Positions 50,701 through 62,700 of a DNA stretch of 64,000 nucleotides are shown here, in pieces. The stretch is from the NCBI GenBank assembly GCA_038087875.1, contig CM075981.1, positions 67,022,001 through 67,086,000 on the forward strand. The letters run 5' to 3'. This stretch comes from Malacoraja senta. Taxonomy: Eukaryota. A model generated the notes under the pieces. The model searched no databases. It was given only the letters and a program-made list of their open reading frames with translations, and was not told the origin of the DNA. How positions within the stretch are numbered: position 1 is the first letter of the stretch; the number at the start of each line of letters is the position of its first letter. A program made the position numbers and the translations under genes.

Positions 50701-53700
50701 CCTCCTCCACTCCATTTGTCTTAGACTGGTGATTCATGAGTTTTACAATGTCAGATGAGGAGGGGTGCAGAGGGAGTGTTGTAAAATAGGTCAGGTGTCC
50801 TTCTGCTTTGATATTGTGAAATAAACATTTTTATGTTTTGATTTGATGCCACGTTCAAAAGACCCCTCATATGCTGGGGATCTAATGTGGCATGAACATT
50901 AAACTTTATCCTTTGCTGCAGGGCTTGTGTCTGGTGCTGACGGACTCTGAGAGCAGTCTGCGGGACATGGAGGAGCGAGAACAGATGATGGAAGAGGACT
51001 CGAGTGATGGTGAGCCACTCCCTAGATATCAGTGGCTGCTGCGAGATCTTCCCAATCTGCCCCTCTTCAGCAGTGTCTGTAAGATGACTTCTTTGGCACT
51101 GCAGCAGGGTGAGCTTTACAAACAATGTGGGGTGGAGTGGCTGGGTGTTAATGTTTTATATGGAGTCTTACAGCATTGGCAGAGGCCTTGGCCCACTGCA
51201 TTATTGAAGAAAAATTGTAGTAAAAGAGCGGCCAGTTTGAAAAGTGAAGAAATATGTAATGGGCAGGTGAAAAAGGGGGAAGGCAAACTGGAGTAGCTTG
51301 AGTATTCTATAATGTGGTTGAAATAAAATTCATTTATGGGTGGAGGGTTTAATGCCTTCATATACTCATGCAATAAATTATAAATTCAACAAAATTTGTG
51401 CATTTTTATCATGCCTTTTCAGAATTGTATCCAGTCATTCAAATACATGAAGCTTAATCACTATTGTAATGTCAGAAAAGTAGCACCAATTACCAAGAGC
51501 AAGTTTCCACAAGCAGCAATATGGTTAACGCCCGATAATCTGTACTTTTAATTATGCTGGCTGTGGGATAAATATTCCCCAGGGCACTGCAGATCCCCTA
51601 TCTCTTCACCAAAATGATGCTCAGGGATCATATTTGTGAGTAAGATGGGACTTTGGTTTATTATTGTGAAGATGCAAAGTTCAACAGCGAGGCAGTCTCA
51701 TTATATTGCACTGACTTGTCAGCTTCGATAATATACTCAAGTTTCTGGAGGGGTCTTGAATTACCTAAATGAATGATCACAGTAAGTGCACAGCAGTCTT
51801 TGCACCCTTGCACTTGCTGTGTGGGCTGTGGCAGCATTTCCTCCAAGAGCAGGGCTTTTCACCACATGGTGGCGCTGGATTCCTGTTTTTGTTCACCTTC
51901 TCAGGAGTGAACCCTGTGCTGATCTGTTACTGGGTCTGGTGTGTTAAACTATTGAGGATTTAACCAGATTGGGGAATGGTGTGGTATATAGCCAAAAGAG
52001 GGAGAAAAGACTAGGAACATACAAGAGATGAATTGCTGACATGAAAATGTTGCCGTTTATTTGAGTTGTTTCATTTTTAAACAATTGACATTAATTTTGA
52101 TTTGCAGGCAATTCATGTGGAGACCGATCCCCAGACCATCAGTGCCTATGTTATTTATTTGTCACAGCACGCACCAGTAGAGGAGCAGGTTCAGCACAAC
52201 GACCTTGCCTTGGTAAGAATAACGTGACAGGTTTGAATGGTGTGGAAGCAAGAAGAAAATAATAGAATAGTGTCAGAACATGGGCTGCCTGATTCACCCA
52301 GCAGTATATTTAATAAGATGCCACATAATAGGTTTTGCCGGCGCATTAGGCTGAGGGTGTAATATGACTGGATTGTGGAATGGTTAACATCCAAGAGGCA
52401 TAAATCAGTAAACTAGAACGAGGGGTTGGAAGTTGACTGCTTAAAACTGAGATGAATGGGAAATTCTACTGAGAGTTCTGAATCTTTGAAATTCAGTATC
52501 CTGGAGAGTTGTGGAAATTGTATCATTAAGCACGTTTAAAACTGAGTTAGGCTTTTGGATTGCTGGGGATCAGGAAGGAAAGTCAGGCATGATAAAATAG
52601 CAGAACAGGCTCAAAGGACCGAATGGCTGCCAGCTTCTTTCGCTTATGTTTTTGTGGGTTGTGAGACAAGCAGACCTACTTCCTCTCTGAATGATCTACA
52701 GCTAAACACCGATTATACACTGTCTGAATATTCATAAATCCCAGTTGTTTGGCATCTCGTTCTTTGCGGCTTGTTTCTCTTGCTCTCGTTAAACTCAGCG
52801 GGGGCTCATTTACCATGCTTCCTTTAAACTTACCAGAGCTCTGGTTCAGTTGCTTTCTTTAAAAACAGAATGGTCCTTATTTCTGCGTTCCTTTAGACTT
52901 TTCTGGGATCGGTTTCTCATGCTCTCCTTAAACAAACTATGCTCTATTTCCCTTTAATCTCACTGGGTCTTCATTTCCTGCACTCCTTTAAGCACACTGA
53001 GGTCCTGTTCACCAATGTCCTGTTCTCTGATTAAACATACAGGGTTCAGTTTAAACTAACCAGTGTCCTGTTTTTCTTGCTACTACTACGTGCATTGTGT
53101 TTAACTTAAAAAAATTATGTTAAAGTGTAACAACTTTGAAGAATTGAATTCGAACTGTGTTGGGGTACTAATATGATTAACATACAATATAGTCTGAAAG
53201 CTCTGTACAGGAAGGAACTGCAGATACTGGTTTAACTCGAAGATAGACACAAAATGCTGGAGTAACTCAGCGGGACAGGCAGCATCTATGGAGAGAAGAA
53301 ATGGGTGACATTTCGGATCGAGACCCTTTTTCAGACTGATTCTTCAGTCTGAAGAAGGGTCTCGACCTAAAACGTCACCCATTCCTTCTCTCCAGAGATG
53401 CTGCCTGTCCCGCTGAGTTACTCCAGCATTTTGTGTTTATCTTTAGTCTGAAAGCTCTGCTAGGTTAAGAGAGTTTTGCTGCACTGCATGTTCCATTGTG
53501 TTCATTTCCTTTGAGCACCTTTTATATGCAAACTTAACCGAAACAGTAGAAGTGCTGCTAATGGGAAAGGTGGGTAACGAAACACCATACTTTCCCTTGT
53601 TGTAATGATGTATATTTTTGTGACCCATCATTTTGATCACTCAGGATGTTGCTCGCTTGATTGTCGAGAGGTCCACCATCATGACTCACCTCTTCGCCAA

Positions 53701-56700
53701 ACACTTCTACAGATCGGAGTGCGAGTCAGTGTTGGTGGCGCTCATCGCCATCTTCTCCCGATACGTGAAGCGGATGCGGAAGACGAAGGAGGACGAGGAG
53801 GTGTACAGCTGGGTGAGTGGGTCCCCTCAGTACACTGGCTGGTCACGCAGGCACAATCTCCCAAGGTGGTGATGACCACATGGAGCTGGTGGAGCACGTT
53901 ACCGCCAACTCTGTCACTGGATTCATGAACTACTCGATGATCTGCGTTGTCAATTGGGTGTCCTGGTGTCGGCTGGGGATCGTGCCACATCTCCATTCTC
54001 TTCATAGTCCATTATCCATGTGAAGAATTTCAATCAGAGTTTGTGAGAAAATGGGACATTCGTATGATTGAAGGAAATTTAAAACCAAAGCTGTAATTGT
54101 TTTCTTTAAAGTAGAGAATCATTTATACAATGGGAAAGATTAGGAATTAAAACGCTCGGAGACTTGTATGAAACTGGAAAATTACTATCATTCCAACAAT
54201 TACAAATAAAATATAATCTGGGAAACAATCAATACTTTAAATATTTTCAAATATGTGATTATCTGAAAAAAGATACAAAAGATTATTATAACATGCCACC
54301 AGATGTACTGGACGAAGCAATGCAGATAAAAGCTGAATCAGCAAACTTAATATCTTATTTGTATAATATTATCTTAAATGTAGAAATACCAACTACGAAA
54401 GGTATTAGAAGAGACTGGGAACAAGAATTAGCTATTAAAAATTCAAAGGAGAGGTGGAATGAACATTTATTAAATGTGCATAAATGCTCGATTAATGTAA
54501 GACACACTTTAATACAATTCAAAATTTTACACAGATTATATTATTCAAAAACCAAAATTAGGAAAATGTTCCCCAATGTATCACCTATTTGCGATAAATG
54601 TCAGTCTTAAGAAGCTACTATAGCGCACTCATTTGTTTTTTGTACAAAATTCAAAAATTTTGGATTGAAATTTTTGAAATCTTTACAAAATTATTAAAAA
54701 TAAAACTGATACCAAAAGCAGAATGGATTATCTTCGGAACAACGGAAGATAGCCCTGAACTAAATGTGTTTCAAAAGAACCTATTTGATTATGGGTTAAT
54801 AACTGGAAAAAAGCTTATCCTAAAATTTTGGAAAAATGCTCCAATACCAACTATAAACATGTGGATTTCAAACATGTTTGAAACATTACACCTGGAAGAG
54901 ATAAGACTCCTCCTGGCAGACAAATTAGATCACTTCCATCTGACGTGGTCTTCATTTATAGAACTATTACAAGCATAAGGTGCAAAAGTACTTTAAAAAG
55001 GTACCGATGTCAGGACTTGGTAAAGGGGGATGAAAGGTGGCAAGTTAGTATATCCCATTTGCGTGATGCTCATAATACAGTACTTGTTTTTCTCTCTTCT
55101 CTTCTTTCTCTTTTTTTCTTCTTTAGGGTCTATCTCTTAATCTTTTCTCTCTAATTTCTCTTCTACATGGTCTCTGTTCTTTTCTGCTGACACGCTTTTA
55201 CACTATCACTATTTTCCTTCACTTTCTCTTAATTTCAACCTTTTCTTTTTATTAGCTTTAAAAAATGAAGGAGTATATTAATTGTAATAAGATATATGTG
55301 ATGAGTACTAATGTAATTGTTTGTAATTTAGTGTACTTCTAATAAATAAAATTTAAAAAAAATAAAAAAAAGTAGAGATCTTTAAAATTATAATCGTACA
55401 GCATGGAAATAGGCCTTTCAGCCCATCAAATCCATGCTGACCATAAACACCCATTTACAGTAATCCTGCACTATTCCCATTTATTATTTCCACTTTCCCA
55501 TTAATTTCCCCCAGGTTCCACCATCCACCTATGCACAAGTAGCAATGTACAGTGGCCAGTTAACCCACTTGCACATGTTTGAGATGTGAGAGGGAAAGTG
55601 AAAAGTCTACATAGGTAACAATAAAGGTCAGGATTGAACCCATGTTGCTGGAGCTGTGAGGAAGCAGCTCTTCTTGCTGTGGCACTGTGAAGATTTAATC
55701 CAGGCATTGACAGTGGGAGAGATAGAGCGTGAAGATGGTGGTGTTGCAGAACATCAGTCGTAATGTTGTTGAATGGTGGAACAGGCTCAAGGGGTGGAGT
55801 GGCCTGCTCCTGGTTCCTATGTTCATTGGCTATATTTAAGAGGGAGTTAGATGTGGCCCTTGTGGCTAAGGGGATCAGGGGGTATGGAGAGAAGGCAGGT
55901 ACGGGATACTGAGTTGGATGATCAGCCATGATCATATTGAATGGCGGTGCAGGCTCGAAGGGCCGAATGGCCTACTCCTGCACCTATTTTCTATGTATCT
56001 ATGTATCTATGTTCTTCATTTATTTCAAAGAGGCGCAGAAGTCCTCATATTTTAATGTGCCTTTCTATAAATTGAATGTCCTATGAGAAAGATTAATTTA
56101 AGATCTAAAAATTCTCATTCAATCTTTTTGCACAGAAGAAAGCTATCTTGTCGACTGCTCATGTGTTTTTTTCAAAGGCTAAGCAATTTGTTCTGTTCTC
56201 CTTTCCCAACAACTCTTCAATGTTTTTCTAATTCTGTTTAGAAAGTTACTGCTAAGATGAATGCTTAGGATTCTAACATAGAACTTTATTCTAAGAATGT
56301 GAAGCCTGCAGGGAGAACTAACTATTTTTTTCTTTTTTCTGATGCACAGTCTGAGTCCCAGGACCAGGTCTTCCTGCGTTGGACCACTGGGGAGACAGCT
56401 ACCATGCATATTCTGGTAGTTCACGCCATGGTCATTCTTCTGACGTTGGGTCCACCTCAAGGTATAAACGTGGGAGTAGGACGCAGGAGATTTAAACAGT
56501 TGTGCTTTAAAGAAAAATCCCTGTGTGTGTAAGTTGGGATGGTGCAGGTGGGTAGGTTGATGCTAAAATAATTAACATTGCAGGTATATGCTGCAATGAG
56601 TGGTCTGACCGATATCGTAGGGAATTTACTCTGCTACTTAAGCACTCAATGCCTAGTCTTAAAACTGTTATAAACATTTCTGCTAAAAGGGAAAAAAAAT

Positions 56701-59700
56701 AATGTCCATTTCCATGCCCCTCATAGTTTTGTACCCTTCAATGTACCCATGCCCCCCCCCCCCCAGCCTTCACTGAAAGGAAAACAAACACAGCACATCC
56801 AGTCTCTCTTAACTGAAACATTAATGTCCTAGGCCACATTCTAGTGAATCTCCTTTTCACCATCTCCATCATATCTTTCTTATAATGTGGCGATCAGAAC
56901 TACACACATCAGAACTACATAGGCTCCAGTTGCAGCCTATGATGATTTGTATAGTTTTATCAGAACATCCCTGCTATTATAATATTTTACCATAGGTCTT
57001 CCTAATCGCATTATCTGCCTGCACTGTTGCCTGCTTGGATATGTACACCAAGGTCCTCCAATTACCTTGTGGTGGCAGGGAGGTCATTAGTGAAGCAGCT
57101 GGTCAGGTCTGAAATACTGCCCTGAGGGATTCCTGCAAAGTTGTAAGGGCTGCTCCCCTATAATCGCAACCATCTTTCTCTGTTCCAGTCACTGCTGTGA
57201 TTTTCCATTGTTGCCCATTGGTTGCAGTCTTACCACTGTTGATGCTACCCCATTGCAAATTCTGCTTTGATGTCATTCTCACCTCTGGAATTTAGCTCTT
57301 TGCGCCTGGCTGTGGTGTGGTTTGGAGCTGAGTGGTCCTGGGAGTAGGTTATATACGAGTAACCGCTTTTTGCCAACATTGTCTATGACAGTTTCTGTCA
57401 CTCTGCTGATGATTGAATAAACTGATAGTTAGATTCTTTCTGATTTTGTGAACATGATTTAGCTGAGTAATGTTCCACAGTGTGGCTTGATGCCAGGCTG
57501 TAACTGTACTGGAGCAGTGACCGGTTCTGGAGTGCAGGCCTTCAGCACTATAGTAGGGGGGTTTCTGCTCCCATTGCCTTTTCTGGACCAGGTATTTCAT
57601 GATATCAAATGGAGTGGAAATAAATTGGCTGGAGGCTGGCTCTAGCAGAGGCAAGAATCTCGGGTGAAGAGAGATAGATTGTCCACCTGTCGCAAACATC
57701 TCAATTTGTGCTATTCTTTAGCACTGACAACTCGCTCCTGTCATCTTTGAGGATGTTATGTTCTTGAAGTTTCTGCATCCATTAGCTGTTTAATTGTCCA
57801 CCACGAATTCAAGACTAGATGTGATACGACTTAATCTGATTCATTGATTGTGAAATCACTTAGCTCTATCTGATGGTAGAGTGATGGTTCGTGCTGGACC
57901 CTGAGCATAGATTGTGATGGTGAACGTCTGATGGTCCGCAGTGTTAATGTATGCCCAGCTTTGAGCTCCCTGATCTGTTCCGAATCTATCCCATATAAGA
58001 CCTTTCGAATACACCACATTATGATGGAGGCTATCGGTTTCTATCAAATTGCAGTTTGTTACCATGTTCTACACAACTTGGCTGCTCATTACATTGTTAA
58101 GACTACAGTTCAAAATGTTAACGTCTGTGTCTTGGTTGTTTATTTCTTTGAATTTTTGGAAAAAAACAATCATTCTCTGAATGTTTTTCCCCAATGCAAT
58201 ATATATTTATCTTAAAGAAGTGGGTTTGTTATTGTATCAAGGGAATAACTTGGATTCTATTCATTTTCCAACATATTTAGTTAATATTCATTTAATTGCA
58301 GGAACTACTTGCTGATCTTGGTTCTCATCTTGTTCACCTCTCACCACTGGCTTCATATTCAACCTGAGCTAGTTCCTCCTCTCTTGTCACAAAGGCATTT
58401 CAGGATGTCAGTCCCCATTCGTTCTGAAGCTGCGGGAATTGGTTGTGGAAAGTTGCTCACAGTTTGACATAATTAGCAACTTCTCTTGATAATACGAAAA
58501 TGGAATGTGTGGGCAATGTAATGAGAATCCTGTTCTGAAGTTGTTGGAGAATTTTGGAAAGTATACTTTGGTCCTTGTGAAGCTGACTTGAGGTGATTTG
58601 GGGATTGGTTATAAATTATAGAATGTACTCTTTTCCCAAACACCTCACCATGATAAATTGAAGGCTATGTGGGTTGATCACATATTAAAGAGTGTGGTGC
58701 TGCACTAAAGTGTCTGTATGACAAGGCTATTTATTCATGGCTGAGAGAGAAGGCCACTTGTAGCATTGCACCACAAGAATGTGGTTTAGTGCAGGAGCAT
58801 TTACATTGCCTGTGCCATCTTCTATGCCCTTCGGGGTTGAGTGTTTGTATTATTGAGACAACACCCATCAGGTTAAAACTTTTACTTCCTCCATTATTTG
58901 TGCATAGTGACTGCAATTTGTCTCATTTACAAGGTGTACTGCACCAACTTGTCAATGCTACTTCATTAGTATCCTCTAACCTTGAAACTGTACTGCTGAG
59001 ATGGAGAAGGATGACGACCACATGAGAACATTACCTGCAAGCTTTCTTCCTAAGTCCTACATCATCTTGCCTTTGCATTTTATCATTGACCCATCATTAT
59101 TGATCAGTCCATATTCCCGATCTCCCAAACAACACTCTTGTTTTGTCACGTGAACTTAAGCAGTTTCCAGAGTTGGTCCACCATCTCAAAGACAAATAAC
59201 ATGTGGCTATAAGTTGTGGTCTTGCTATGTCCTAAGAATAAATTCATCTAACCAACACATGTAGAAAAAGTGCCTTAAATATGAGAGAGTGCGTTCTGCT
59301 GTTAATATCTGTAGAGTGATGCTGCTTGCTCTTAAACTCTATGTAACATTGAATTTTCATGCCAATAACATGATACTTCAGCTCATGTAAGCGTTTTCTT
59401 GATATCTTTTTCCAGAAATCTCTCTCGAAAATCTTACAAATGTTGCTGATATATAATCGTTCTTGAATTGTGTGTTTTCAGGTGACAGTGATTTCTACCA
59501 CCTTCTCGACGTGTGGTTTCCGGACAAGAAGCCTCTCCCGACGGCATTCCTAGTCGACACTTCAGAAGAAGCACTGCTTCTCCCTGACTGGCTGAAACTC
59601 CGCATGATTCGCTCAGAAGTATCTAGATTGGTGGATGCAGGTGAGTAAATACACTTCTTTATGAGATCCAAGTTGACACCATTCTCTATATTTTACTAGG

Positions 59701-62700
59701 TAAAATAATCTTTCATGTTTAACGAGTTCTGACTGTTTGCACTTGATACTGCTTTGATTCTGGTGAGTCACCTTTTAAATAATTTTGCTCCAAATTCATC
59801 CAGGCTAAAGAAGAGTCTCCTTGATATTAGGTGAAATGAAAGTGGCCACAGTGACATGGAGCAATGAGGTCACAAAAGATTTTTAAAGAGGGTGGGAGCA
59901 AGCTGATTTAGAGCATGATAGATGCCTGGGTGATGTGTGTGGCTGTGATTCAGTTGACCCTACTGAACACTACAAGACAAGATATCAAAGCTTGAGTCCG
60001 TTATGAAGGGCATAACAATATGAGATTATTGAGATTTTTTTGTACCTTTTTCTACAAAAGGTTACATTCTTTCAGAGATTGTTCAACTGCTACTGCTTAG
60101 AAAGACGTTTGACACTAACTACCTTGTAGTATGTTCCCCGTTCCCCGTTGTTCCCCGTTCCCCTTGTTCCCCGTTAAGATACCTTTCTGACAACAAGAGG
60201 AATTGCAGCTGAGTCCTGTCCTTGATGTCCATATTTATCGTTCCTTCCAAAAGGATGTTTAAATTGGCAGGCTTTTGAGACACTCCAGCATGACAGTCCT
60301 GGTTATTGATTTTAGAAACAAGGAACTGCAGATGCTGGTTTAAAAAAAAAAGAGACACAAAGTGCTGGAGTAAATTAGTGGGTGAGGCAGCATCTTTGGA
60401 GAACATGGATAGGTGAGGTTTGTAATGGGACCCTGCTTCAGACTGATTGTAGGGAGGGGGAAGAAAACTGGAAGAGAGGAAGGGTAGGGAAAAAAACTGG
60501 CAAGTCATCGGTGGATACAGGTGAAGGGGGCTTTTGCTAGGCAGATGGTTGGGGTTGGAAAAGGCCAGAGATTAAAATACAGAAGGTATGACACAACAAC
60601 CTCTCTCAATGTCAGCAAGACAAAGGAGATTGTGATTTACTTCAGGTGGTGCTGAAGTAGGAATGGTTGAAAACTTCAAGTTCTTAGGAATAAATACCAG
60701 CAGCAAAAAAGCGCACCAATGCCTCTACTTCATTAGAACGTTTTGGAAGTTCGGCGTGTCCCCAACAACCCTCACCAAATTCTACAGATGCGGTGTAGAA
60801 ATCATTTTATTGGGATGCATCTCAGCATGATTTTGGAACAGCTCCATCTAAGACCACAAGAAATTGCAGAGTTGTGGACATGGTCCAGACCATCATGCAA
60901 ACCAACATCCCTTCCATTGACTCCATCTACACACTGAGCTGTCTTGCCAGGGTACCAGCAATAATCAAGGATCAATCTCACCCCAGTCGCTCCCACTTCT
61001 CCGCTCCCCCACCAAGCAAGAAGCACAGAAGTTTGAAAATGCATACTCCAGATTCAGGGACAGTTTCTCCCCAGCTGTTATCAGGCAACTGAACCATCCT
61101 CTTACCAGCTAGAATGTGGTCCTGACCTCATCTACCTCATTGGAAATATTTTAACTATCTTCAATCAGACTTTATCTTGCACTAAATGTTGTACCCTTTA
61201 TCCTTATCTGTACACTGGACAGCTTGATTGTAATCATGTATAGTCTTCTTTGACAGGATAGCATGCAACAAAAGCTTTTCACTGTCCCTCAATACATGTG
61301 ACAATGATAAATTAAACAGAACTAAACGGATTGAAAAGTTGGAAATTGTGAAGCTAGAGGACAGAATGGAGGAGAGGAGAGAAATAGGTGCGACTAGCTG
61401 GGGCACAGCAGAGACGGGGGGAGGGTAAGAGAAAGTGCGGGTGCTTGTGGTTACTAAAATTGAAGAATTCGGGGTGCATACCATTGAGTTGTAAGCTACC
61501 TACGTGGAATGTGAGGTGCTGTTCCTCCAGTTTGCATGTGGCCTCACTCTGGCAATGCAGGCGACCCAGTGCACCAAGTTGTTGCAGGTGAATGTACCTT
61601 GGGAGGGGGCTGTTAGGGTGCGAAGGAATTTCTGTCACCTCCAAAGCGATCCTACCAGCAATTGCACCTTCCCATCCCTTGCCCTTTCCACTGCCTTCCG
61701 CAGAGACTGCTCCCTCCGGAACTCCTTGGTGAAAATCCCTTTGTACCGAAACCCCCCCCCCCCCCCATGTTCCCCTGCAACTGCAGGAGGTGTTACACCT
61801 GACCCTCTACCTCCTCCCTCACCTCCATCCAGGGATCACAGCAGTCCTTCCAGGTGAGACAGTGGTTCACGTACACCTCCTTTAACATCATCTAATGCAT
61901 CGAGTCTTCTTGATGTGACCTCCTGTACTTCGGCAAGACCAAGCTTAGAGTCGGCCACTATTTTGCCGAACACTTGCACGCAGTCCACCAAGGCCTACTG
62001 GATCTCCTGGGTACTAATCATTTTAACTTCTCTTCCCATTACCGTACTGACTTTTCTGTCCTGGCCTCCTGCTTCGCCAGAGTGAGGCCACACACAAACT
62101 GGAGGAAAAGAACCTCATATTCTGCTGGGGTGGTTTATAATCCAAACATATGAACATTAAATTCTCCAACTTAAGGTAGCTATCAACAAGCTTCCCTGTG
62201 CCCCATCTGGACTTGCACCTATTTCTTCCCTTTCACCTATATTACTTCTCCTAGCTTTACAATTTGCAACACTTCAATCCTTTTGTCTCACACCTGTCTT
62301 TTCATTTCCGGTCTTCGTCCAACATTTTGCCTATCTGACCCCCCCCCCCCCCCCCTTCACCTTCACCCACCGTTTACTTGCCACGCTTTTCTCTGTCCTT
62401 CCAGATATGCTGCCTGACCCGTTGAGTTACTCCAGCACTTTGTATCTTTTGCTGATTTTCTTTCCTTGTTTAGAAATGTGAAAAGCAAGGTTTTCTGACC
62501 TACAGCCTAAAGACATGATAGAATAAGACTTCCCAGTCAGATGATGGGGACTGGGAGGTTGGGAAACCGATAGGTTTCATTTGGGGTCAGCTTGGTCTTT
62601 GTGGTCTTTCCATGAAACCACCAGAGAATTGTGACAGGTTTACTGTCAATATACTTTCAGAATATTGGCTTTGAACAATGTGCTGGTTTACTTGTAGATG

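Noticed and set aside
49136-51109. INTS1 pseudogene
   Set aside because: Both lesions are single-G additions in G runs and all other exons are intact and conserved
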